Shown one piece after another: positions 49,060 through 63,325 of a stretch of DNA of 64,000 nucleotides. Where the stretch lies: NCBI RefSeq assembly GCF_009914755.1, contig NC_060937.1, one strand, 5' to 3'. This DNA is from the human T2T-CHM13v2.0 reference genome, Homo sapiens. Each line of letters opens with the position of its first letter. Within the stretch, counting starts at the first letter, position 1. The notes under the pieces are model-generated. The model saw only the letters and a program-made list of their open reading frames with translations, did no database searches and had not been told where the DNA came from. The position numbers and the translations under genes are program-made.

Positions 49060-50185
49060 TGTTCATTCAGTCATTCAGCAAAGATTTATTTTGAGCTTAC
49101 AATTCATGGGTCACTGTGTTGGGCATTAGGAATTCAAAGATGAATAAGACATGGTCTTTATATTTAAAGAGCTTACCTTAATGTCTAGAGAAGGAAACAA
49201 ATATCTTCCCAGATTGACTTCATTTTGGGAGAGAGATCAAGTTCACTTAGGATGGTATGCAGTACTGCCCTACTGTACACCTCTAGCGGGGTTATGTATC
49301 TGATATTCTACATGACTTACAGCCCCTAGGATACAATGTGAATAATATTCTGGACATGTGCAATGAAGCTGCTCTGGGAGGGGTCCGCAAGTGCAATGAA
49401 GCTGCTCTGGGAGGGGTCCCCATGTGCAATGAAGCTGCTCTGGGAGGGGTCCCCATCCTAGGAGATGAGACACATGAGCTTTGAAAAGATGAGTACATAG
49501 ACAAAACTTAGAAGGACATTGCAGAGAATAAGCAAAGGAACACAAACATGGAACGATCAATAAGCAAAGGTAGAATTCAGTGGATGAGAAGAAGTGTGGT
49601 AGGAGATGAGGTTGCAGAAGGAGGCAGAAGCCAGATAGCAAGTGTCTTGCATGCCATATCAAGGAGTTTGAAATGCATCCGGTTAGTGCTGGAGAGAGTC
49701 TTTACAGGGCTGTAACTGTGACTTGCATTTTTGAATGTTCACTTTGGAATCAGTGTGGAAAATGAACTTGTTTACGAAAGGAGTAAAGGGGTGGGCTGAA
49801 GAACAGGGAGGTTAGTGAGGAGGCATTGAAATAGCCCAGTAGAGAAACGATGGAAATTTGAGTTAAGATAATGAGTTGAAGATTGACTCAAGACCTTTGG
49901 GAGGTGAAATTCACAGGTCTGTGTGACGAGTAAGACACAAGAAATAAGCAAAGGGGGTTGCTGAGATTGAAAACCCTATGGGTGGATGATAAATCATTTT
50001 ACCAGGATAAAGGACCAAGAACGAAGGTGCCTTCGGTAACAGAAACCATGAGTTTGGTTTTTGAATATGATAAGTTGGAAATTGGGACCACCAGGAGGGC
50101 TGCAGAGATAAGTCTGGAGTTGGGGAGAGAGGTCTAGGCCACAAAAAACAATTTAGAACAATCGGTGTTTAGGGCATGGTGGAAG
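49060..50185 (-). mobile_element. L2 LINE remnant
   Basis: ttcattcagtcattcagcaaagatttatt...gatgaataagacatggtc...atgccatatcaaggagtttgaa...gagtttggtttttgaatatg. Confidence 0.75.
49355..49456. repeat. 33-bp tandem repeat, about 3.1 copies
   Basis: Unit gtgcaatgaagctgctctgggaggggtcc(c/g)ca(t/a) starts at 49358, 49391 and 49424. Confidence 0.97.
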
Positions 50186-50376
50186 ATACTCTCCTAAATT
50201 CCTAATTTCTTTCCTTCTCTGCACTCTAAAATGACCTCTGATGAACTTTCCTGATGATTTAACTTTTTCAAAGCCACCACTGGCAGTCTATTCAGTCTTA
50301 GCTGTCAGATTGAATTACCACTTACATGGCCCTCTACTCGGTTTTTGCAACTCCAAGCCCCTTTCTGAGCACTCGT

Positions 50377-50381
<5 letters not shown>

Positions 50382-50424
<43 letters not shown>

Positions 50425-50574
50425 TCTCTCTCTCCCTCTCTCCCTCTCTCTCTCTCCCTCTCTCCCTCTCCCTCTCTGCCTCTCCCTCTCTCCCTCTCTC
50501 TCCCTCTCTCTCCCTCTCTCTCCCTCTCTCTCCCTCTCTCTCCCTCTCTCTCCCTCTCTCTCCCTCTCTCTCCC
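50382..50574. repeat. (TC)n / (TCCCTCTCTC)n polypyrimidine microsatellite
   Basis: About 190 bp of C/T with one G; regular 10-mer in the right half. Confidence 0.97.
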
Positions 50575-50599
50575 TGATTGCTTCTAGTGAGATAGTTGA

Positions 50600-51000
50600 A
50601 TAGACTTTCTCCTGGGCTCTGGCGCATGTAATCCAGCGAAAGATCGAAAGTCCGATTTCCCACTCTCCCACTTTAGAGCTTGTGGTCTTGAGCAAATTCT
50701 TAAACTTCTCTCAACCTCAGTTTACTTATCTTTACAAGGCACTCCAGTAAAAATCTCAAAGATGCACTTTTTTGAAGTTGAAATGAGATAAAGTATAATA
50801 ACATTCAGCATGCCACACCAATAGATGCTCCACATTGTTCATTCGATCATCAGTTCTATAAATCAGAATCTATTAGAGTTGAAAGAAAACTTAAAGACCA
50901 TCTCACCTCATTCTATCAAATTCAGGAGAGAACTGGGCCCCAGAGAAAGAATATCACTTGACCAAGTTACATAGTCAGTTAGTGACAACTTTAGCCTTCA
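50600..51000. mobile_element. Two MIR remnants in opposite orientations
   Basis: gtcttgagcaaattcttaaacttctctcaacctcagttt (+) and aactgggccccagaga...cacttgaccaagttacatag (-). Confidence 0.6.
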
Positions 51001-51132
51001 TATTCTCATGTTTAACATTATACTGTGCTCCGACCTTCCAGGTTTTTTTATTTGTTTTTTTTAAGGGGATCTGTATCCCAATATATCACACAACTATATT
51101 GGGCTTCCTGTGGAAGATGGGAAGATGAGGGC

Positions 51133-51706
51133 TGTATTAATTATCTCTTATGGCACAAGAAATTCCCACTAAATTGTGGCTTAATGCAACACTTATCTAT
51201 GGTCTCACAATTTATTGAATCAGAAGTTTCAGCATGGCTTAACTGGACCCTCTGCTCAGCTCTCACAGGGCTATAATCAAAGCGTTGGCTGGGCCATGTT
51301 CTCATCCAGCAGCTTGACCAAGGGAGAATGCACTTGCAAACTCATTGTCAGGTTGCTGACAGAATCCATCGCCTTATGGCTGTAGGACTGGGTGGCTGTT
51401 TTCTTGCTGGTTTTCAGCTGGGGGGGCCACTCACCCTGGGTTCCATCGGCCTTCTGACTGGTTCTCCATGATGTGACATCTGACTTCATCAAGGCCAGCA
51501 AGAGAGCATCTCTTTCTCTACTTGCAAGTCATATATATATATAGTGATGGGACATCATTATGGGAGTGACATCCCATCTCCTTTGCATATTCCATGGCTT
51601 GGAAGCAAGTCCAGGTCCACCAGCCCTTAAGGAGGAGAATCACATAGGGCAGGACACTGTAGGCCAGACCCTGGGTGGGGGGCACCTCAGAATTCTGCCC
51701 TCTGCA
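51133..51706 (-). mobile_element. MLT1E/F-like MaLR LTR
   Basis: tgtattaattatct...gcttaactggaccctctgctcag...ggctgtaggactg...atgggagtgacatcccatc...gaagcaagtccaggtccac. Confidence 0.75.
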
Positions 51707-51923
51707 GATGCTGTGGTAGATTTCATTGCGAAAGTGTCACAGGGCACAGTCCAGTTGGCCCTTGGTCTCCTATAATCACAACCAAACACACGGCACTGCT
51801 TTCAGGAAAGCTGCATCTGCAAGGGCTCTGGGACAAGTGTGAGAGCAGAGCAAGGTATCCTCAGGAGATGCTGTTGGACCCAGAGTGACACCACAGGTCA
51901 GAGTGGTGCTGGTGCCACTGAAA

Positions 51924-52062
51924 GTGCACATGTGTGAATGTGTATGTGAATGTATATGTATGCATGTGAATGTGTTTAAGTGTGTATATGTGTGCGTGTA
52001 TATGTGTCCATGTATATGAGTGTGCATGTGTCTGTGTGTGCATGTGCACGCATGTGTGTGTA
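51924..52062. repeat. Degenerate (TG/TGTA)n repeat
   Basis: Alternating purine-pyrimidine tract of tgtg/tatg/catg. Confidence 0.9.
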
Positions 52063-52927
52063 TCAAGTGTCAGAGGGGTCCTTCCTGGAAGCTCATCAAG
52101 TGACTGCCTGCCATTTGACATTTTCTGGAGTGGCTCTTTCCAGAATTGTTGATACACTCTGTGACATGAGTCACGCTGCCTCTTTATTAAAATTCCATCT
52201 TCTCCAGCTGAGGCAAAGCAAATATTTACCCACATCTAACCCTGGTCCCAGCCTTGGCAAATGTCTGTGCTTCTCCATGGAGCTGTCCATGCCCTCAGGT
52301 GTGGCTAAGTGAAGGAGACATTCCGCTTTTCCTCAAGTTCCCTGGAGACTGAAAAATCAGAGGCTTTCTCTGCCTCCAGGCCCCTGCCTCCAGTGAATCC
52401 TGCCCACCGCCTGAAAGTCTTCTTGAAACTCTGCTTTCACCACGGTACTTGCTTGATCAAGGTGTTCGGTGGCTTCTTCTGCCTAAATCCATATGCATTA
52501 TCTTATCCTTGAAGGTCTACCAAGCTTGTAACCCTTCTGCTCCCCACCTCTCCCCCTTACATACTGTAATTCCCCAATGTTACTCAGCACCCGCTCCAGT
52601 GAGGCCAGGCATGTTAAAACTGAATGACACCAGTTGCCGCATATCTGCTAGTGTGGTTCCACTGTACCCCTTCCACCCCACCACAGTCCGCTTCTCACAG
52701 TACCTCCCATCGAAAGCATAATGCTTTCTAAGCCCACCTGAAACCTCACTGCTTCCCTGATTATACACAGTGGCATTCATCTGCCCCAGCTTTGACCTCT
52801 CTTAGCATTTGCTAACTGAACTTGAGTGACTGTTTTAGGCAACTTATTGTGCTGCGTGTTGCATTATTTAATTATTTCATGAGAGTGTGTCTTGTTGCTC
52901 TAGAGAGGTTATGAGTCTCTTAAAGAT

Positions 52928-53239
52928 GGCCAGATGCGGTGGCTCACGCCTGTAATCCCAGGACCTTGGGAGGCCAAGACGGGTGAATCACTTGAGGTCA
53001 GGAGTTCGAGACCACACTGGCCAACATGGTGAAATCCTGTCTCTACTAAAAATACAAAAGCAAAAACAAACATACTTGGCCAGGTGTGGTGGCATGCACC
53101 TATAGTTTCAGCTACTCAGGAGGCTGAAGCAGGAGAATTGCTTGAACCCAGGAGACAGAGGCCGCAGTGAGCTGAGATGACAGCACTCCATTCCAGCCTG
53201 GGCAACAGAGTGAGACTCTGTCTCAAAAAAAAAAAAAAA
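52928..53239 (+). mobile_element. AluS SINE
   Basis: Full Alu with poly-A tail; TSD ...ttaaagat on both sides. Confidence 0.95.
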
Positions 53240-53319
53240 GTTTTTTAAAGATAACATTTACATTTTTCCACTTTTTCTTTCTCTCTCCCTAGCTTTTGCC
53301 TTTTCTTTTCATGGTGTTT

Positions 53320-53700
53320 ACAATTTGGACTTTGGGCCTAGATGGACTTGTATTTAAATATCAGCTCCACCACTTTCGACCTGTGTGAAACCTCTGTGGT
53401 CTTCATTTTTCTCGTGCTTAAGTGAGGATAGCTACCTCATATTGTGGTTGAGAGAAGCCAGTGAAATAACATAGGGAAAGAAATCCCTGGCACATAGTAA
53501 GCATTCAATTAATGAAAGAAATCATAGAATCCTTCATTTCATGTTAATGACCATTTCTGTTCATTCCCGCAAGAAACAGCTGAGCACCTTCCGTGAGCCC
53601 AGAACTGTGCTTAGGTGATGGAGAGAGATCAATAAATAAAATGATCATGTTCCTATGGACTGTACAGGCTAGTGGCTATTAAGGCTTCCAGGAGTCTGCA
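53320..53700. mobile_element. MIR (+) followed by an L2 3' end (-)
   Basis: cagctccaccactt...ctacctcat...cctggcacatagtaagcattcaat; then ttcatt...ctgagcacct...actgtgcttagg. Confidence 0.6.
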
Positions 53701-54972
53701 GAATGTGTGATCAGAAGCCCTAAAAGCGACCAAAATAGTTAGTGATTTTTATTAAAAAAATTGAAGGAAACCACTCACAATGAATCATTATTTTAAAAAA
53801 GCCTTTTCATTGGTAGTGTGTGCCAGCGTACCTGTAAGCATTCATGTTGAGAGTGGCATAGGACTCCCAGCCACTGGTTTCCCCCACTATCCCCTGCTCC
53901 ATGCAATGCTGTTAAAAGTGGAAATGGGGGCTGCCTCTGCAAAACAGGTGACCAGATGGTGCTGTTTTGACGAGTTGGTAATGAGATGAAGACGGATGCC
54001 TTCCCAATATGCTGGAGGTGGAGAGAGGGGCTGATCACCTTCAGTGTCCTCTTTCTCTCTGCCAAGCCCTTCACCCTCCCCACACACATTCTTCATGCTT
54101 TTCAGAGATGGGGGAAATGTCTCATGATTCAAGTGCCTTCTAAAGCTCCTGGGAGACATTCACCTAAGGCTGGTAACTAAGGTTGGTAATGTCATAAGTG
54201 CCTAATAAATATCTGCTGACTTGTATCTCATTCTTTCGAGAGCTATATCCTATAGAACCTGCCCCAAATGAAGGAGATCAGCCTCCTGACAAGCTGCACT
54301 GAAAGTTAAAAGTGGAACTCAGGAAAATTATCTTAAAGCTGCAGTGTGAATGTTTATTTGGTTGTTTTGCTCAAACGTGGGCTTTCTGAAGAGTTCAGTG
54401 CTTTTCTCTCTCCCTTTTGTGGGTGGCTCAATGAAATGGAAAAGCTTCAACTTTAATTCCTATCAGAGTAAAACTGTAAGTGGTAGAAGTTATTGACTTT
54501 CCCTTTTATGGAATAAAAAGTGCCTTGATTATTGAAATGCAATACCACATTATGAAAGTCCCAAAGGAACAGGAGGTTTCTTGTTTGAGAGGCACGCACT
54601 GAGCCAGGAAGTCTAGTGCCAGTCATTGCAGAGGAGAAGGAGAGCATCCCATTGCCTGCCAAACCCCCTAAGCACCCTGCAGTGGGCACTCCCACATTTC
54701 TCCCTGGCATTTGGCATCCTAGGCTGTCTGAGCTGAGGAGTCGTTCCATTGATGTTGGTGTGTGCCATACGTCACCCATAGGCCTGCTGAATACAGAAAG
54801 TATTCCCCAAGGAGATTAAAGGAAAAGAGAGAGCTTCAGGCCCCTAGAATCCCCATGGTGGAAAAGAGCAAGAGGCAATTCTGCATCTGGGAAGCCCCCA
54901 GCCCCATGTCATTAAAGAAGAGACAGTTTTCCATTCTAGCTGTTCTTGCACCTATTTCTGACCCATACTTGC

Positions 54973-55353
54973 TGTGTAAGTCTGTTTTCACACTGCTGTA
55001 AGATACTACCCAAGACTGGGTAATTGATAAAGGAAAGAGGTTCAATAGACTCACAGTTTCACATGGCTGGGGAGGCATCAGGAAACTTGCAATCGTGGCA
55101 GAAGGGGAAGCAAGGCATGTCCTACATGGAGGCAGGAGAGAGTGAGAGCGAGTGAGCAGGGGGAACACCAGACACTTATCAAACCAGAATCTCATGAGAA
55201 CTCCCTCACTATCATGAGTACAGCATGGGGGAAACCACCGCCCCACCCCCCACCCCTGTGATCCAATCACCTTCTACTGGGTCCCTCCCTCAACACCTGT
55301 GGATTACAATTGGAGATGAGGTTTGAATGGAGACACAGAGCCAAGCCATATCA
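54973..55353 (-). mobile_element. THE1D/MSTA-like MaLR solo LTR
   Basis: tgtgtaagtctgttttcacactgct...aaggaaagaggttcaat...gacacagagccaagccatatca; TSD cttgc / cttgg. Confidence 0.9.
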
Positions 55354-55544
55354 CTTGGATCAGGTCAGATTGGGGGAATTTCTGACCAAAACTCCTGACT
55401 TCCATACAATGACTGATTCTAATGGGTTTCCCTCACTCCAGACTTTCCCAAGACATCTCTTGTGAGAGTTTAATGGGAAAATAGGCACCAGCAAATGACT
55501 GCTGAATGCCTTGCTGGATTTAGCAATAGTAGCAACCTCTATAT

Positions 55545-55770
55545 GGTGATCTTTTCCTGTGTGCCTGGCACTGTGCTAAGAACTTTACATACCGTTATTT
55601 GCCAAGGAGCCAGACTAGGAAAGTCTCCTTAATGTGCAGTTACTGGTGAGAAGACAAGGTCCAGTGATGTTACATTAGGTACCCAGGAGCACACAGCCAG
55701 AAAAGACGACAGTTGGAGTGTGAATCCTGGTCTCCTGATTCTAGAGTCTCAACTCTTAGCTACCATACTA
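55545..55770 (-). mobile_element. MIR SINE
   Basis: gtgcctggcactgtgctaag...cacacagccag...tgaatcctggtctcctgattctagag. Confidence 0.6.
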
Positions 55771-55877
55771 CATGACGCTACAAGTCTAAAAAAAGTCTCC
55801 AAAAATGTTGGCTTTCATCCCTCCATTTCCCATAAAATGTCCACTCCTTTGTGTTCTCTTTTCTGCTTTATGCCCTC

Positions 55878-56564
<687 letters not shown>

Positions 56565-56899
56565 TAGCCCATATTAATTAGTTCATTAAATATACCTACT
56601 GTTTTGGCACACTAGGTGCTGGAGTTCTACTCGACTTCACTGGATACTTATGCTAGCCCTTATTGCTGCCAATCATTCCACGAGCACAAGAAACAGAATA
56701 ATGGTCTCTTGGTCTAGCCCAATGGGAAGGGTCCAAGAAAGGGGAGAGTGGTGGGGCATGGGACAAAGGAGCCAAGGGAGACTTTGGCCTGGGCTTTGTG
56801 ACTGCTATAAGCACAGAAAACTTTGCCAGTGGGCAGTTTATTTGGCAAGTTTGAGCATTAAGAGGTAGGATTATGCTAGCTATGTTGATCAGGTTACCA

Positions 56900-57570
56900 T
56901 CACCTTATCCCAGCGATCACTTTCAGCATCACGAAAAATAGGACCACCTGTGGATCCTGATGCAATTTGCTACGAAGTATGCAGCAGCATCTGTGCAGTC
57001 ATTTTGCCAAATGTATACAATAAATTTTATCTAACTTCTGGTTTATAGAAAATATAGGGGTTAGAGAACCAAGATAAATGACTCAATGAGCAATAATCAG
57101 ACAAATCCAGAAGGTAGAGCATTCCCCAAGACCCCTGCTAGTCTCTCCTCCTGGTCAAGAACATGAAAAGAAACATGCAGGGAAGGAGGTGTGGATGGGC
57201 TGATCGAGGTTAAAAGAGAATAAAGAAATATAATGAGTAAATGCAATTTGTGAACACTGATTGGCTTCTGCTTTGAATAAATGAGTCATAAAACTCACTG
57301 GGGCAACAACTGGGGAAATTTGAATAGAGAACAGGGATGATATGATATGCAGGTCTTATTAATTGTGTTAGGTGCCCTATGGGTATTGTGATTATATAGA
57401 ACAAGATTAGTTTATAGAGATGCTACTAAAGTCTTCAGAAGTAAAATGTAGTATCTTGAATTTACTTTAAATACTACATTAAAAAATTAAAGTATATCCA
57501 GCAAAATGCTAACACTTTAAAATTCTAGGTGATGGGTATATGGTGTTCATTATATGAAACTATCATAACT
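56900..57570 (+). mobile_element. Old L1 (L1ME/MC-type) 3' UTR remnant
   Basis: aatcagacaaatccagaa...ctggggaaatttgaata...tgggtattgtgattat...tctaggtgatgggtatatggtgttcattat. Confidence 0.65.
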
Positions 57571-59793
57571 ATGATAAATCTAATGAAATGGAAAATTACA
57601 ACCTTGGTTTGGCAGTGTGAAAGCAATGTAGTGATTTATAAAACCTCTTTAGGGGATAATTGCCATGAGTACAATGGTTATTAGGGACATTGTGAACATG
57701 TCAGATTCATTTTGGGGAGTCTTTTTGATTTTCAAACCACCATGTCCAAGTGCACTCAGAGGGCTTCTGTGCAAGGAGCGGACAGAATCTCCTTGTGTGT
57801 CATGGCCCAGCTTCAGACGCACATGGAGGGAATATTGCCTGAGACTCCAAAGATCCCCACAGCCAGAGGCCTCCATGAGGCACGTTTGGGAGGCTGATCA
57901 ATCCATTTCACTACCAACATTCAGCCCCATCACAGCAGGGAGAGGCAGCAGCTGTGGTGGGCAGGGAGGATGCCACATTCCTGACCTTCAGCCATCACTT
58001 CCTCTATCTCTCTTACCTCTTGGGATTTCACAAGTGGCTGTTCCCTTCTTCTGCTTTCTTCCATAGGCTGGACCCATCCTCTTGCCTCCCTTACAGGTCC
58101 ATGGCATCTGTCACTCAGCATTTCTCCCACTTCACTTTTCCAAGCTTGCTCCACTTCCTGATGCTTTCCACCATTTCCTCCACGGTTTTTTTTTTTTTTC
58201 CTTCAAGCTTTTCTTGCTGAATTTTTGTACGATTCTCCTGTCCCATTTTTACTCAACTTAAGAATTGTATCACGATTTATATTGCGGTTCTCTGTCAGCT
58301 TTTTTTCCCTAGTACCATCTGCCTCTTTGTAGAAGACTGGTGATATACAGGCAGATACACACACAGACACACACACACGCCTTTGGTAGATGTCATGTCA
58401 AGTTTGAGTTTGTGCATGTACTGAATGACGCTTAGGAAAATGCTTAGTGAGGAATGAATTTGTTCTTCAAAACCAGAGCATACATTTAACATTTGGATCA
58501 TATTTGTGAGTTTCATTTTTGTTTGCAGTAACAGTATTTTTCTCTCAGTGGTAAGAGCAGCTCATATTCACCTTTCCCTAATGCTGAATTCTCCACTTAC
58601 TTCCCTTATGTTGCATCCCGGTTTGTTTGGGGTAATTTAGGTTTTGAGCCATTCTTCTCTTGTTAGAGTCTATAATGCCTCTTCTAAATTGAAATTCTTC
58701 CTTTAGGGAGCCAAGAACTCGGATGCTTCTAAATTTACATCTGGGTAACAGATTTGCTACAAAGTTGGACTACTGGGGAGCAAATTCAATGTTTCAGAAA
58801 TTTTACAAAGAGTTACATTCCTCAAGGTCTCATCCAGTGAGTTCCGTCACTGGGGACAGATGGTCTACTTTAAGTATAATCAGGAAGTTTCAGAAACATG
58901 ACATAATGTTTATCTCTCCTAAGATTTTTCTCTTTGATTTGGCGTCTGAGAAATACTCCTTGTGCCCATCTCTCTCTCTTTCTTTGGCAGATTCTGACAA
59001 AAATAATGTCTAGAAAGGCTTTTGCATTGTCTTTTATAAAAAGAACATATTTGCTTCTAATAATACATATTGGCTATACTTTAACACTTTTAGATCACAT
59101 AAGCTCAGTTTCTTTTTCTCTTATGAAAAATAATGTGCTTTATTTTGAGCAAACGAATAAGCCACAAGCTCTCTGAAAAAAGATGATTATAGGAGAAGAA
59201 CCCAAAAGGTAATCATTTTGGCCCAGAATTGTGATCAAAGTTGTCCTTTATATCTGTCCTACATCTGACATTTAGACACAAGCTCTCACTGCAGGGAGTC
59301 TCATGAGAGCGTGCCTAGGATGGCAGGAAGGATGGCATTTCTTAAGATGGGTCTGACTACATGATGTATGTTCAGTAATTTACAAAAAAAAATCTGAAAT
59401 GCAAATCAAATATAAACCATCTTCATAAGAGTAGGAAAATGCTCCCCGCTCCCAGCCAACTGTGCCAGCTCTTTTGAGGAAATAGTATTTATTGAGAGGA
59501 GATAATACATGTTTGAATTTTTCCAATTGTTCTTTATGCTGAATATTCTTCATTTAAAAGTAGCTCACATATTTTTTCTGCAGTCTTTAATTGCAGATGA
59601 GTTAGGTCTACAACTTCTTTGGTGCCTCTGTGCACACTACAGTTTGCACACACACACCCTGTCACTACTCTCTTTTATTCTATAGGATCGTTTTATGGAG
59701 TTCAAAGTCCTCAAAGCTTGCAGGGAAGGGAGGAGGGCTAGGGAAAAGGACGATTGTGCTAAGCCTGAGTGTAAACTCCCCTGGAGCAGAGAA

Positions 59794-59821
59794 TGACTCA
59801 CATTCTCTGTGACATGAGTCA
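59794..59821. promoter_or_regulatory. Paired AP-1 motifs (TGACTCA 59794-59800; TGAGTCA 59815-59821)
   Basis: Two perfect AP-1 heptamers starting 21 bp apart (about two helical turns) in non-repeat sequence. Confidence 0.45.
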
Positions 59822-61881
59822 CTCCCATGCAAAACTGGAGTTGCGAGCTACTACTTTGCCTGTAGCTGTTTGTTTGTTCAGAGGCAGATGGAAGGCAGAG
59901 GCTGCGCAGAGAATGGAGAGCTGTGTCTGAGGAGCCTTGGAACATTCACCCAGGTAGAGGAAGGCCACCGTGTGATCACCTTTTCTCCTTGGCTATAGCT
60001 CAGAATATTCAGTTCCCTAAAGTAAGGCACTGCTAGTATTTTTTACCTAAGGAACTGAACCAGAGAGAAGGTTAATTTGCAAAACAAAAAAGAAAAAAAA
60101 TTGACTAGCAACCGATAGAAATTGATAGAGAGGGAAAAGGGAAAAACTAATGGGGTAAAAACTCAGAGGGTTTCTCTATCAATTAAATTAAAGCTTTCTC
60201 ATTTAATGAGAATTGATGCTTATTATAACTGTGCTTATTTATTCTTAGCTGTATATAAAACAGTAGAAAGTTGTTGATTTAATATGAAAGTTTAGAAAAG
60301 ATAAGGTATTAATTCTGCATTCTAAAAACTCATTAACCAGGAGTGCTTGATTTCCTAGAAAGAATGGAACTTCGCCTGTCATAATTATTGAGACGATAGA
60401 TTCACCTCTGATTTCTCAATTATAAATAGAATCATCAAATGCTGAAGGCAAGGACCTTGTCTAAACAATCTCCACTAGGTTATGTATTTGAAAGTGTTTG
60501 GAACTACTGTGAAAACTCGATAGTTCTTAGGTCTTAGTTCATCAAAACCTAAAGTGAAACATACCTCCACACATAGTGTGGGTGTTCATCCCTACATATT
60601 CCACCTCCCCACACTGGCCTCCTCGAAGGAGGCTTGGAAGAGTCTATGGCTGGCTCTGCATTGGTCATGCACGCCTCCACGGCTGCTTTGCTCTGTGCCC
60701 CGGCTTTCCTAGGTATCTCCTCTCAGCCTGACCTCCGCTTCCGCTTCCTGTCCCACGTCTCTAACCAACAACTTAAAGGGACCCTACCCAAGGAATTGTA
60801 ACCTGTGGAATTTCCCTAAAGGGAAATCTCAGATATAGCTAGGGGCTCAGGGAATGCAACTAACATGCAACTTTGGGAAGATGGGTTTTGCTTTTTTATC
60901 TTAGACTTTTTTTTAGTTTGCCTTGAGAAAAATCAGAGCTGTTCTTTAGAAAAAAACAAAAAAATGAGAAGGTAGCAGGTCTTGTCTTCAGTCTTTCCCA
61001 TTTCCCAAGAAGCACCGGATCAGATCCTCTTAGGACCATGAACTCTTCACTTCCTACCTAGCTACCTAGCCCAGATTTATCATGTCAGTTACCTCTGTAA
61101 TATGGTGTTGGTTTATAATAGCTTAAAAATGAGTGTTGTGGCTCCCTGCTATATTTTCTTTTTTACTGGTTCTTCTTGAAAACTAAAAAATAAAAATAAA
61201 AAATCCTAAAGGAAGAATTCTCTAGTTGTAAAGTTTTGTCAACATAGTCAACACTGAGGGAAGCATTTGAAAACCTTCCCTATGTCCTTTGTCATCTCAT
61301 ATAAGCAGCTATTTATCTGTAACCACTCCCAATATTAGGCCAACTTGTATTTGATCATACCACATAGCCATTAGCTGATTTGGGTCTCAGCACTCTTGGT
61401 AACATGTTAGAATTCTTTGAAGGACCTTCCTGCCATCAACACTTCCTAAATTCCCCAAACCCCTGTGCCGTTGAAATCTATCCAGGAGGGGAGTCTAACA
61501 TGCAAAACTGCATGTGACTCTTCAGCAAGGTGGAGAACAGGAGGCAGGTATGATAGGTTTGCTGGCTTCTGGTTTACTAGTCCCTGGTACAGATGAAATG
61601 AATAATGTTTGTACTCAAGTAAATGTACTCACCTTTCTTTAATTCACAGATGATGTTTTGTTGACAGCTAAGATTTAACTTTAACTTACGGATTTCCGTA
61701 TAATTTTACAATGCAGTTACTTCCTAGGATTCATTCTAACTATGATTGATACTGAGTAAACTCTCTTTTATTTTTGCTTCATTTAATTTCTCTATATGTA
61801 TAAAGTATAATGGGAATGGTTTTACCCTGACTTATTTTTCGATAGTTCAATGATGGCTATGGAGGAAGAGTGTTTAAATGA

Positions 61882-62205
<324 letters not shown>

Positions 62206-62471
62206 TGATGTGGTGCCACGTGGAGTGGGAAAAGGGAGCGGCTGCTCTGTCTGAGCCTTCAGAAACCTCGCCTTAGCAGCAACAGCTGGGAATGAGCAGA
62301 GTCTGCTAGGATCGCACCTCCGTGAAGGAGGGGTCTGAGCTAGGGCCAGATACCCGTAGGATCCTGATACTGCCTTCTCTTCTGCTTAGAGGACTATAAC
62401 CATGTTATCCCAGAAATTGTGCATTAAAAACCATGAAGCTCCTCTCCCTGCCTCTAGACATGATACTTCTT

Positions 62472-62770
<299 letters not shown>

Positions 62771-62989
62771 TAGTGATACTTCTTATAATTACTCTTGGTG
62801 CAGCCACCACATGACGGCGGAGGATGAGGAGGAAATAAGGAAGATCTCAAATAGGAACAAATAAGGAGGTCAAGGTGCAGGGCTAGAGGGAAAGAACATT
62901 AGAAGCAAAGTATTCGGAAGGACCCTGACATAGAGCTGTGAAGGTTACATAATGACAGTGGTACTCATTAGGCGAATTTCAAATATTTG

Positions 62990-63325
62990 AACCCTCTAAA
63001 CTTACAGGCACATGGTAGCATTGTGCTTCCCCCACCAATTTAAATTTTGTCTGTGTAATTTGCTTTAGCAATAAAATATGTGGGAAGTGATGCATATTTC
63101 ATATCTAGGTAGAAGCTTCAGGAAAGAACGCAGGCTTCCCTACATGCTCTCTCTCCAACATTTGAGAAAATGGCTGCTTCATCAGCCTGGGTCCCTGAAC
63201 AACTCCAATGAGCAACCTGTGACGGGCCTGTGGAAGGACTGTAAAATTAACTTTGTTGCTTTAAGCATCTGAGATTTGGGAGATGTGTGTTATTGCACTG
63301 TAACCTGACCAGGCCTGACTGATCC
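62990..63325 (+). mobile_element. MLT1 (I/J-like) LTR
   Basis: tgctttagcaataaaatatgtgggaagtga...tcagcctgggtccctga...ctttgttgctttaagc...gagatttggg...cctgactgat. Confidence 0.7.

Noticed and set aside
49355-49456. 33-bp repeats resembling CRISPR direct repeats
   Set aside because: Head-to-tail with no spacers, no cas genes, and in primate DNA; it is a minisatellite
57445-57480. 10-bp inverted repeat aatgtagtat / atactacatt
   Set aside because: AT-rich, inside an old L1, and within chance expectation
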